Source of the DNA: an uncultured Spirochaetota bacterium
GTDB taxonomy: Bacteria > Spirochaetota > Spirochaetia > SZUA-6 > Fen-1364
Direction of reading: 5' to 3'
Length of the DNA: 64,000 nt
NCBI GenBank assembly: GCA_963820525.1
Contig: CAWGAA010000001.1
Coordinates: 1,728,001 to 1,792,000, forward strand
Part shown: one piece after another, positions 9,856 to 18,971 of the stretch
How positions within the stretch are numbered: position 1 is the first letter of the stretch
Layout of the letters: each line of letters starts with the position of its first letter
Made by a program: the position numbers and the translations under genes
Notes under the pieces: generated by a model
Told to the model about the DNA's origin: nothing
The model's database searches: none
Seen by the model: only the letters and a program-made list of their open reading frames with translations

Positions 9856-11634
9856 ATGAACATCGCCGTCACGGGAGCCGCGGGATACATCGGAAGAAAA
9901 ATCATGACGAGGATGCGTCGCGAATCCGACATCTGCCTCTTCGGCATCGACGTGAGGGCGCCCCGGCCCTCACCTTCAGAAACCTTTTACCGCATGGACA
10001 TACGTGATCCGGGGATTGCCGGGGTGTTTCGAGAGAACACGATCGACTGTGTCTTTCACCTCGCTTTCCTGATGCCGCCGTTCAAGGACAAGCAAAAGGC
10101 GTACGACAACGACGTGAACGGCACACGGAATGTGCTGGATGCCTGCCGGAAGGCGGGCGTCCGCAAGTTCATCCTTCCCTCAAGCACCACAGTGTACGGG
10201 GCGAATCCGGACAATCCGCGGCTCATCTCGGAAGATGCCCCCTACCGGGGCGACCCGGACTACTATTATTACCGCGATAAAGTGGACGTGGAAAAGGTCT
10301 GCCTGGAGTTTTTTACGAACAATCCCGAGATGGAATACGTGATCTTCCGAATCTGCGAAGTGTACGGACCCGACGTCGACGCGTATTACACGCGGAGCCT
10401 GGAAACCCGGAAAGTCCACCTTTTCGAAGGTTTCGATCCGGAGTACCAGTTCGTCCACGTGGACGACGTTGCGGAAGCGTTCGTAACGGCGGCGCGGAAG
10501 TGCGCACGGGGAGTTTTCAATCTCGTCGCGGACGGCGTGATGAAGCTGAGCGAAACCACTGCGGTAACGGGACGCCAGCTCGAGTGGACAAGATTGAATC
10601 CGTCCATGCTCGGGACTCTGCGGGCACTGTACAGGCTGGGGCTTTTTCAAACGCCAGTCGAATCCTTCTCCTACTGGCAATACAGGTGGACGGCGTCAAA
10701 CGAGAAGCTGAAGAGGGAGCTCGGTTTCACGCCGCGCTTCACGACGCGGGAGGCCTTCGAATCCAAGTACTTCACCGAGGACGATCCAATCGTTCGGATC
10801 GATTCCCGGTTGTGCACGTGCTGCGGCGCGTGCGTTCGGAGCTGCCCCCTCGCGCTCTTCCGCGGGTCTACGGGCACGATCCCCGCGATACGGGACGCCG
10901 ACCTCTGCATCGTCTGCGGGCACTGCATCCTCTCGTGTCCTGTCGGCGCGGTCCGCCACGGTTCCGCAGCCGCCGTGAAGATCCACGCGGTTAGATCGGA
11001 GAGACTTCCGGGAAAGGAATCTGTGCTGGAGTTCTTCCGAACCCGCCGATCCGTCCGGTGTTTTTCGAATGAGACGGTCAGCCGTGACGTGATCGAAGAA
11101 GTCATCCGGGGCGCCGGGCTCGCCCCGAGCGCCCATAATACCCAGAGCACCAAGTACCTGGTCCTCCGCGATCCCGTTCTGATTGAAAAACTCGGCGATG
11201 AGTCCCTGGCCTTCTACCGGAGGGTCCGAAACATGACGGGCAACCCTCTCAATCGATTCTTTATCAACCGATTCGCCGGAAGCGAAATGAGGAAGGTAAT
11301 GCGGGAGATGGAGATCGCGGTGAAGCAAGGCAAGATGTATTTCACCCACGGCGCGAAAACGTTCATCGTCTTCTATTCTGACCCCTCTCTCCGGTACCCG
11401 GAAATAAACGCGCACCTGGCATTGTATCAGGCGCTTCTGACCGCGCATGCCTTGGGTTTAGGCGGTTTTATTGCCGGGTATCTCATGATGGGGGCCCTCA
11501 AGAGCAGGAGGATAAGATCGCTTTTGGGGTTGAATAGAAGGCAGCGGATCCACGGTATCCTGGCGCTGGGATATCCGGAACAGAAGATCGATCGGTGGGT
11601 GGAGAGGAAAGAGCCGGAGATACATTGGCTGTAA
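9856..11634 (+). CDS. Fusion: NAD-dependent epimerase/SDR + 2x[4Fe-4S] ferredoxin + nitroreductase
   Basis: TGAAGYIG and YYRDK; CTCCGACVRSCP and CIVCGHCILSCP; RRSVRCF...APSAHNTQ...LALGYP. Confidence 0.85.
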   Translation: MNIAVTGAAGYIGRKIMTRMRRESDICLFGIDVRAPRPSPSETFYRMDIRDPGIAGVFRENTIDCVFHLAFLMPPFKDKQKAYDNDVNGTRNVLDACRKAGVRKFILPSSTTVYGANPDNPRLISEDAPYRGDPDYYYYRDKVDVEKVCLEFFTNNPEMEYVIFRICEVYGPDVDAYYTRSLETRKVHLFEGFDPEYQFVHVDDVAEAFVTAARKCARGVFNLVADGVMKLSETTAVTGRQLEWTRLNPSMLGTLRALYRLGLFQTPVESFSYWQYRWTASNEKLKRELGFTPRFTTREAFESKYFTEDDPIVRIDSRLCTCCGACVRSCPLALFRGSTGTIPAIRDADLCIVCGHCILSCPVGAVRHGSAAAVKIHAVRSERLPGKESVLEFFRTRRSVRCFSNETVSRDVIEEVIRGAGLAPSAHNTQSTKYLVLRDPVLIEKLGDESLAFYRRVRNMTGNPLNRFFINRFAGSEMRKVMREMEIAVKQGKMYFTHGAKTFIVFYSDPSLRYPEINAHLALYQALLTAHALGLGGFIAGYLMMGALKSRRIRSLLGLNRRQRIHGILALGYPEQKIDRWVERKEPEIHWL

Positions 11635-11695
11635 GGTGATTGATCGTTAAGTTGCAGTATCAGCTGGGTTTGCCGCCCCTCATTTACAAAATAGG

Positions 11696-12001
11696 CACGC
11701 TCTGGTGCTGGAAGGAGGCTTCACCCCCGACGCACGGTTCCTGTTCCTTCCCCTCCACGACACGCAGAAGCTCTCCGAGACCTTCCGTCGTGCTGTCATC
11801 AAGCTCTTTCTCTCCAAGGCTCTCATCAGCGAGGATTTCGCCTCCACTTGATCGCCGTCAAACGCCCTTCGGGCGTTTGACGAGTGGAATGATTGTCGTG
11901 CCCGCCTTTCGGCGGGCTGCGTCATCCGCGATATCGCAGAGATCCGGACCATCATCGCGTGTTTGGTCAAGCACGGCAGGGGCCCGCCCGATGAGGGATG
12001 A
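11696..12001 (+). mobile_element. IS91-family transposase, middle and C-terminal remnants
   Basis: HALVLEGGF...FRRAVIKLF (11696-11851, starting at the second His of the HUH motif) and VIRDIAEIRTIIACLVKHGRGPP (11921-12001), separated by two hairpins. Confidence 0.75.
11856..11917. repeat. Two REP-like hairpins
   Basis: CGTCAAACGCCC-TTC-GGGCGTTTGACG and GCCCGCC-TTTC-GGCGGGC. Confidence 0.6.
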
Positions 12002-12279
12002 GCCGTTCCTCTCTACGGATCACCACCCGCGTAAATCCCGGGCAGTCAACCGGCTGTTCCCGGTCTGCCTTCCCTGTGGTGGGCGATTGGCACGACCATG
12101 CCCTGCAGCACTCAAAATCGAGTATGCGGAACGCGGAATCGTTCTTGAAAAAACTGTCGGCAGTGGGTCACTATGACGTTGACGGCGGGCCCGAATTCAG
12201 GATAGGGACGTCGCAAGCAGCGGATATGGTCGGAGTCCGGTATGGTTGCAGAACCGGAGGCTATAAAACCGCCTATCAC

Positions 12280-12688
12280 TTACCTGGGAGACGGGATCAT
12301 GGCCCTGTTCCCCCGCTCCAGCGCCGACGCGGTCAACCTCGCCTCGCGGCTGGAGAGGCTCACGAAGACCTACGGCGCCTGGATCATCGTCGCGGACGAG
12401 GTGCTGCGGGGCATGGGCGAGAACGTGCCCGATCACCGTTTCCTCGGCCGCACCACGGTCAAGGGAAGGAGCGAGCCCGTGGTGATCAACGAGGGGTTCG
12501 CGGCCGATCCAATGTACGACCTGAAGATGAAGCGCTGCACCAGGCGCTACTTTGAGCAGGGGGTGCGCCTGTACCTGAAGGGGAAAACGCAGGAGGCCCT
12601 GCGCTATTTCAAGGCCGTGCTCAGGGCGCACCCGGCGGATCGCGCCGCGCAGTATTACGTGTCGGCGTGCAGGAAGAGGGCGGGGTGA
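12280..12688 (+). pseudogene. Class III adenylate/guanylate cyclase fragment with internal deletion and TPR-like tail
   Basis: YLGDGIMALFP joined directly to DAVNLASRLE...VKGRSEP. Confidence 0.8.
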
Positions 12689-12897
12689 GATGCCGCCGGA
12701 TATGGCGGCCGTGTGCTCGCCCGCGGAGGTAAAGCATCCCCCCGGCACCCCGGCGTGTTGGAACTGCCGGTTTCCGGACGCCAGGTCCTCGGAAAAGACC
12801 ATTAAGCCAAAGGGCACAGACGGTCTCGAAGGCTTAGAAAACACTTGCATAACTCTCTTCTCTGCACAATAATAGAGAGAAATAGGAGAGAACACGT

Positions 12898-13698
12898 ATG
12901 GCGGAAAAAGAAGGAACATCATCGATAGCTGACGCGAGCCGCCCCAATGCTGGACGAATCTATGACTATCTCCTTGGCGGGAGCCATAACTTTGAAATCG
13001 ATCGAATCGCCGCGAAACAGCTCATGAGCCAGGTGCCCGACATGCCGCAGTGGGTGCGGCTCGTCCGATGGTTCCTGGGTGAAGCGGTGCGGCGCCTGCT
13101 TGAGGAAGGTTTCACGAAGTTTGTCGACTTCGCCTCCGGCCTTCCCACCGTCGATCACATTCACCAAATCGCGCCGAAGGGCTGTGTTGTCGTCTACTCG
13201 GACATCGATCCCGTCACCGTCGCCTACGGCCAGGAGATCGTCAAGGACCTTCCAGGTGTCGCCTTCGTCCACGCGGACGCGGGAGAGCCGGAGAAACTGC
13301 TGAAGCTCGAGGTCGTCGAAAAGCTGATCGGTGCGGAACACAAGGCTGCAATCGGGTTCAACGGGATTGCGTTCTTCCTGCCCGATGAAAAGATCGCCCA
13401 CGCTATGCAGGTCCTCTACGATTGGGCCGAGCCGGGATCCAAGCTTTTCTTCTGCGATATCAATCACGAAGTCGCGACGAACATGAATGAGCAATTGATG
13501 AAGTTCTACTCCCAGGTGAAACAGCCGGTCTTTCTCCGTTCCAGAAGCAAGCTCAAGGAGCTCCTCGGTAGGTGGAGGATCTGCGATCCTGGGATCCAGC
13601 CTCTGGAACGATGGCTTCCGATCGAAAAGACGAAGACCGAGGCAGCATCTCAGCAATTGGGCGGCAATCTCATTGGAGCCATCGTCGAAAAGCAATGA
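12898..13698 (+). CDS. SAM-dependent methyltransferase (Methyltransf_19 family)
   Basis: RPNAGRIYDYLLGGSHNFEIDR, FVDFASGLPT, YSDIDP; RBS AGGAG. Confidence 0.9.
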   Translation: MAEKEGTSSIADASRPNAGRIYDYLLGGSHNFEIDRIAAKQLMSQVPDMPQWVRLVRWFLGEAVRRLLEEGFTKFVDFASGLPTVDHIHQIAPKGCVVVYSDIDPVTVAYGQEIVKDLPGVAFVHADAGEPEKLLKLEVVEKLIGAEHKAAIGFNGIAFFLPDEKIAHAMQVLYDWAEPGSKLFFCDINHEVATNMNEQLMKFYSQVKQPVFLRSRSKLKELLGRWRICDPGIQPLERWLPIEKTKTEAASQQLGGNLIGAIVEKQ

Positions 13699-13711
13699 CG
13701 GGGAGCTTCTC

Positions 13712-15706
13712 GTGAACCCTCCCCCGAGCGGTCCGCTGCGCGGCGGCAGGGAGAAGCTCATCCGGCTCTTCTCCGAATCGCTTCTTGCCAACGCATTCAA
13801 CAACCGCTTCACCCTGCATCCGCGGAAACTGGCGGAGATGGCCGTGGAGGAAGCGGATGCTTTCTTCGACTTTCTCGATTCTCAGGACTCCGGCCAGGTC
13901 TTCAGCCGCGGCCTTTCGCTCGCTCGGCAGGGTATGGGAGAAAAGAGCCTCCTTTCGCTCATGTCTTCACTGCGATCATTCTGTCGGGAAGAGCTTGCGG
14001 AGAGAAACAGGGAATCCATTGACGCCGCGCTTAATGCCGTTGAGATCTACAGCTCCTCCCTTCTATTGGGATTCATCGATGCGCGCGAGTCACAAATCCT
14101 CACGGACCAGGAGCAGCTGCGCAGGGCCCTTTCCACCGCCTTGCAGGAACAGAGCAGGGAGCTGCTCGTCCGGGGCCACGCCATCGCCACTTCAATCAAT
14201 GGGATCATGTTCGCAGACCTGGACGGTCGGGTAACCTATGTGAACCCCTCTTTCCTCTTTCTCTGGGGCTATCGCTCCTCGGAGGAAGTGGTGGGCGCGC
14301 TCGTGAGTGACGTTCTGCCCAGCGAAGAAGCACGCGCGATCATTGAAACCCTCCCTCGGACGGGCGGCTGGAGGGGCGAACTTGAGGTTCGACGCAAGGA
14401 CGGGGAGGCGCTCACCGTGACGATTTCCGCCTCACTCATCAAGAATGAAGCCGGAACGCAAATCGGCATCATGACCTCCTTCATGGACACCACGGAGAGC
14501 AGGCGGCTGCAGGACCAGATGCAGCAGCTCCAGAAAATGGAAGCCCTGGGGCAGCTCGCGGGCGGGATCGCCCATGATTTCAACAACCTCCTCACGGTGA
14601 TCAGCGGCTACCTCCAGCTCCTCCTCCTGGAGGCGGCCCCTGAGACGTCCATGCACCAAGACATGCTTCAGATCAAGGCCGCGGTGGACCGCGGCGCAGG
14701 GCTCACGAAGCAGTTGCGGTACTTCACACGGCAGGCGAACGGCAAGCGCGAGGTACTGAATCTCAACGACATAGCCCAGGAGACCTCCGAGCTATTTAGG
14801 CGAACCTTCCCCCCCGACATTTCCGTTGTCCTGGCCCTCGCCCCGACACTGTGGGCCGTGAAGGCGGACCCCAACCAGATGAGCCAGGTACTGGTCAACC
14901 TGTGCGTGAACGCCCGGGACGCCATCACCGAGCGGGGCGGCGCCGGGGCAGGCCAGCCCAGGTCAGGGCTCATCACCATCCGCACGGAAAATGTGGTTCT
15001 CGCGGAGAGCGAGGCGAAAAAGTACGCCGGCGCCGTCCCGGGAAATTACGTTTTGTTACGGGTGAGCGACACGGGTGTGGGAATGCCGCCGAAACTTCTG
15101 GAAAAGCTCTTCATCCCCTTCGTCACCACCAAGGCCGAAAGGCGCGGCACAGGGCTTGGCCTCGCAGTGGTGTACGGGATCGTGCACGGCAATCGGGGAT
15201 TTATTGACGTGGCGAGCAGCCTTGGAGTCGGCAGCACCTTCTCGGTGCATCTCCCCATGGCGGAGCGCACGGCGGACGCGGTGGAGGGCGGGGCCGAACC
15301 CGTTCTGGCGGGCGGTACGGGCGCGATCCTCCTGGTGGATGATGAACCGCAGGTACGGGACCTGATGACCCGGACACTCGACCAGTGCGGCTACCGCGTG
15401 CTCTCCGCTCCCGACGGAAGGAGCGCCCTCGCCCTCTACGAGGAGAACATGGCGGAGATCGATCTGGTGATCCTGGACATGATCATGCCGATCATGGGGG
15501 GCCGAGAGACCTTTCTCCGCATAAGAGCCGCGGACCCCGCCCTTCCTGTGCTCATCATCACCGGCTATACCACCGACGGCCTCGCCTACGAGCTGGCGCG
15601 AAGCGGCGCAACCTCCGTTGTAGAGAAGCCGCTGGACCTGGGGGTGTTCACGGAGAAGGTGCGCGAGCTGATCAGAAAGCATCCTCCCAGAAAGCAGGCG
15701 TCCTAG
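13712..15706 (+). CDS. Hybrid histidine kinase: helical N-terminal sensor, PAS, HisKA, HATPase, REC
   Basis: LAGGIAHDFNNLL, NLCVNARDA, DTGVG, GTGLGL, VDDE...LDMIMP. Confidence 0.9.
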   Translation: MNPPPSGPLRGGREKLIRLFSESLLANAFNNRFTLHPRKLAEMAVEEADAFFDFLDSQDSGQVFSRGLSLARQGMGEKSLLSLMSSLRSFCREELAERNRESIDAALNAVEIYSSSLLLGFIDARESQILTDQEQLRRALSTALQEQSRELLVRGHAIATSINGIMFADLDGRVTYVNPSFLFLWGYRSSEEVVGALVSDVLPSEEARAIIETLPRTGGWRGELEVRRKDGEALTVTISASLIKNEAGTQIGIMTSFMDTTESRRLQDQMQQLQKMEALGQLAGGIAHDFNNLLTVISGYLQLLLLEAAPETSMHQDMLQIKAAVDRGAGLTKQLRYFTRQANGKREVLNLNDIAQETSELFRRTFPPDISVVLALAPTLWAVKADPNQMSQVLVNLCVNARDAITERGGAGAGQPRSGLITIRTENVVLAESEAKKYAGAVPGNYVLLRVSDTGVGMPPKLLEKLFIPFVTTKAERRGTGLGLAVVYGIVHGNRGFIDVASSLGVGSTFSVHLPMAERTADAVEGGAEPVLAGGTGAILLVDDEPQVRDLMTRTLDQCGYRVLSAPDGRSALALYEENMAEIDLVILDMIMPIMGGRETFLRIRAADPALPVLIITGYTTDGLAYELARSGATSVVEKPLDLGVFTEKVRELIRKHPPRKQAS

Positions 15707-15748
15707 TCCGCATCTCTCATTTCATCATAACAACCTATCACTTACCGC

Positions 15749-16402
15749 TTATTCGAGATCTTTCAGGTATAGAATCAGGTCTTCAACGGCCTTGCCCAGG
15801 GCCGCCCGAAGGCATTCACCCGCCAACGATTCGTCGTAGCCGCCGCTTCCGCCGACGCCGACGGCTGAGCTGATTGTTTTTTGTGCACTCGCGTCGCCGT
15901 ACGCCGAATACACTATCTGCGCGGTTTCCACCTTGATCAGCTGTATATCGACTTCCACTTTCACGCTCTGAATCTTCTGCTTGGCCAGGATCAGGTCCAC
16001 GCCTTCGGTCTTGACCCCGAAATTGCTGATCGTCCCGGTGATTATATACGTACAATTAAGGATCCTGCCGACCTGTGCGGCGGTTGCGTTGTCCGTCAGG
16101 TCCGATACCTGCAGCTCCATCTCCTTGACGACCTTGTCAAGGTTCTTACGCTACACCAGTATGAAATTCCTGGAGCGCGAAAGCTCTGAGGTCAGGATTT
16201 CGGCCGCCGCGTCCGAAAGGTTTCTGGCACCGTACTTCGTCTTGTTCATCACGTCCATGACGGCGACCGAGACCTGGGCCTTGAGCCGGTCGTACGTATC
16301 GACTTTGGTTACCGTTGTTTGAACGCTCGCGCAGGAAATGCAGAGGAATAAACATACTGCCGTTCCCGTGACAGCAACCCCTTTCACGATTGTAGTCACC
16401 AT
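15749..16402 (-). pseudogene. CsgG/HfaB-family lipoprotein interrupted by an in-frame TAG at 16151-16153
   Basis: FILV-TAG-RKNLDKVVKEMELQ (the family has VER here); the two ORFs share a frame; lipobox-like LCISC. Confidence 0.8.
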
Positions 16403-16446
16403 TGGGTACTCCTCGATTCTCAATGTATGATCGTTCGTTGCCACTC

Positions 16447-16890
16447 CTACGGCAGCGTGCTGGCGCTCCACGTGCACACGTTTCTCAGATGTTTGATGAG
16501 CGGATGGCTGTTCAGGGCCTTCATGATCACGTCGCTTCCGGCCTCGATCAGCAGTTCTTCGCCAGCCGTTTTCAGCATTTCCGTGGGATCTATCACAAGC
16601 TTGCTTTCCTCCGATTTGCGCTCATCCTCCCACATGGTGGCGCCGCTTGCGCTAATTATTTTAAACTCGATCTGGACTTTTTTGTTGAAATATATCCCGA
16701 GCATCAGCCTTTGAGCGTCCAGGATGTTGCCGTACAATAGAGAGTCGCACTGAATCGTCCGCGCCAATTCCTCCGCGGTGACGGTGGGCAGTTGACCGCC
16801 TTCGGTGATGCCCAGCTCATTGAGCTTCGCGTCGATTGTGTCGAGGTCGACGACGGTGAAATTGCGTTCTTTCAATTTTTCAACCATCAC
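16447..16890 (-). pseudogene. C-terminal part of a DUF799/GNA1162-like lipoprotein
   Basis: IDAKLNELGITEGGQL...CDSLLYGNI; adjacent to the CsgG-family gene; 5' end missing. Confidence 0.65.
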
Positions 16891-16892
16891 AA

Positions 16893-17296
16893 GCCTCGGG
16901 GAGAACTTCGAGCACTGGAAGTGGGGAACGGTGCACACCGCAGAGTTCCGCAACCAGAGCCTGGGCAAGTCCGGCATCATGCCGATCGAACGGATATTCA
17001 ACCGGGGCCCGATTGCAGTGTCGGGAGGCAACACGACCGTCGCCGCCACCGGGTGGGATCCGAAGAAGCCATTCGAAGTGAAGCTCATCGTGTCGGAGCG
17101 AATGATCATAGACCTGGGTGACATAGGAGCCTCTCTGATGGCCCACACAACGGGACAGAGCGGGCACCCGACGAACCGGCACTACGCGGACTTCATCCTG
17201 GATTGGCGCGATGTCCGGTACCATCCCTCGCTGTGGACTCGCGCGCAGGTGAAGGCTGCATCATCTGAACGTCTGTGGCTTGAGCCTAATAAGTAG
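16893..17296 (+). pseudogene. C-terminal fragment of a second penicillin acylase family gene
   Basis: WKWGTVH...SERMIIDL...GQSGHPTNRHYAD. Confidence 0.8.
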
Positions 17297-17372
17297 CCAG
17301 AGCTTCTGCCCCGGTCCGCGCAGGATCTGCCGCAATTCGCCCTTCATCTTGTTCCCTTCCTTACTTCAGGTT

Positions 17373-18053
17373 CTATCCCAAGGGCAGAAGCCTGTGCCGC
17401 ACCCTCGCGGCGTACTCGGCATAGCCGGGAAGCTCCTTTTGGAGCGTTGCATCCTCAAGGAACGTTCGAACCACCAACAGGCAGGCGGCGAGGCCCTGCG
17501 GGATCACGGCGCACAGCGACCCCAGAATGAGGGGGGTGGTGACCGTGAACAGCACGCCTCCAACATACCCTGGGTGCCTGACGAAGCGGTAAGGGCCCGT
17601 ATCGCAGACGGTCTGACCCCGGTCGCTCTGGATCCTCACCACTGTGGCGAACCACCTGTTGGTGCCCTTTGCCCAGAAGTGTATCCCCTGGCCGATGCAA
17701 TACACGATCCAGGAGACGATATACGCCCAGGCGGGCAGCGGGGGGCTCCATGAGAACCGTCCCGCGTCCACCGCGGCCAGCACGACCGTGACGAAATAAA
17801 GCGGCGTCGTGACGGCGAAATAGAGCTTGTCCCACCATTTCGTCCCCTGGCCGGGAGAAAGGCGCTCCTCTATGAGATCCGGCCGTCCTCGCAGGATGAG
17901 CAGGTTCACCGCCAGCGCGGCAAGGCCGGACAAGCCGTACGCCCAACCCTGCCAGTAGCTGACCCTCCCCGCCGCGACAAGCACGATCGCCAGTATGAAA
18001 AGAGGATACACGATGCTTCCGGCGACCGCTCGCGCAATCACTTTGCTCTTCAT
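17373..18053 (-). CDS. Isoprenylcysteine carboxyl methyltransferase family membrane protein
   Basis: VRIQSDRGQTVCDTGPYRFVRHPGY...EDATL...LPGY. Confidence 0.9.
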   Translation of the reverse strand: MKSKVIARAVAGSIVYPLFILAIVLVAAGRVSYWQGWAYGLSGLAALAVNLLILRGRPDLIEERLSPGQGTKWWDKLYFAVTTPLYFVTVVLAAVDAGRFSWSPPLPAWAYIVSWIVYCIGQGIHFWAKGTNRWFATVVRIQSDRGQTVCDTGPYRFVRHPGYVGGVLFTVTTPLILGSLCAVIPQGLAACLLVVRTFLEDATLQKELPGYAEYAARVRHRLLPLG

Positions 18054-18225
18054 GTGACCGCTCCTCCATCACCCCGGCAGACAGCGTGTTTGCTCCCTCT
18101 CTTGAAGCGCATGCTAACCATAAAAGGCGGAGAATTCAATCGAAAACAGGGAATTGGCACGAATCGGATGAAAAAGCCGCGCCGCCGCGGGGAACGGCAG
18201 GACTGCCATCAGGCGGCGCGAATGT

Positions 18226-18780
18226 TTACTCCAGGGTGACTTCCTGAGATCCGCGGAAGGAATGTATGGGGGACGAGTCCGCGGCGGCAAGCGCGTAGAT
18301 GATGTCCAGGGCCTGCTGCCCATCGGCGATATACGTCGCGGATTTCAGAGCGAGCTCGAGAGTGGTCTTGCCGCCGTCCTCCTTCATCGCATAGGAGACT
18401 ACAGAGTCGGCGATTTCCTTGTTCTCGGCATCGGAGTGTTTGTGGCCGATCCCCACCTGAGGCTTGAACACAGTCTTTCCATCGGCCACGAAGCCCATGA
18501 AAATCGTGGAGCCGTCCATCTTTCCAGGGCCAAGGCCTACGGAGACCCACCCTGTTGTGTTGCCCGTAAACCCGATGTAGATGGTACTGTCGGTCCGGCT
18601 CAGGTACAGCACCGCTTTCCCGAGGTCCTTCTGGAAAGCGTACTCGCCAGCGGCGATCACCCCGTCAACCTCGGGCTTCTTGGAGCCGGCCTTGAGGGAC
18701 GCATCCTGGGCAAAACAGGCGGCGCCGATAAACGCGAACAATACTACAAACCCCGCCGAACGGTGAAATGACTTCATCAT
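18226..18780 (-). CDS. Secreted DOMON-domain protein
   Basis: Signal peptide, TGWVSVGLGPGKMDGSTIFMG, C-terminal His. Confidence 0.7.
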   Translation of the reverse strand: MMKSFHRSAGFVVLFAFIGAACFAQDASLKAGSKKPEVDGVIAAGEYAFQKDLGKAVLYLSRTDSTIYIGFTGNTTGWVSVGLGPGKMDGSTIFMGFVADGKTVFKPQVGIGHKHSDAENKEIADSVVSYAMKEDGGKTTLELALKSATYIADGQQALDIIYALAAADSSPIHSFRGSQEVTLE

Positions 18781-18937
18781 GATGGAGATTCTCCTTTGCG
18801 GAAGAAAATACTCACGCCGAGGGGCTCCTGGCAACGCGGGCGGCGGAGAGCCGGAATCCGGGGAGCGCGGCTCCCGAGGCCGCCCTGCGAGACACGGAAA
18901 AAGTACCAAGAACCCGGGACGCGCGACCACAGAACGT

Positions 18938-18966
18938 TGACAGCCGGCTTTCTCCATGCCAGCATG
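18938..18966 (+). promoter_or_regulatory. Putative sigma70 promoter of nrpR (probably leaderless); coordinates approximate to a base or two
   Basis: TTGACA-17 nt-CAGCAT about 6 nt before ATG 18972; no Shine-Dalgarno. Confidence 0.5.
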
Positions 18967-18971
18967 AGGCC

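Noticed and set aside
8650..12270. Integron cassette array
   Set aside because: Only isolated TAAC/GTT matches; no paired attC stems recognised and no integrase.
8535..16153. TAG recoding or pyrrolysine
   Set aside because: TAG is a normal stop at 15706, 32577, 34910 and 61151; both internal TAGs are in a decayed region.
16447..17296. Long overlapping antisense genes
   Set aside because: Two back-to-back C-terminal fragments joined near 16890; each ORF extension is the other's antisense.
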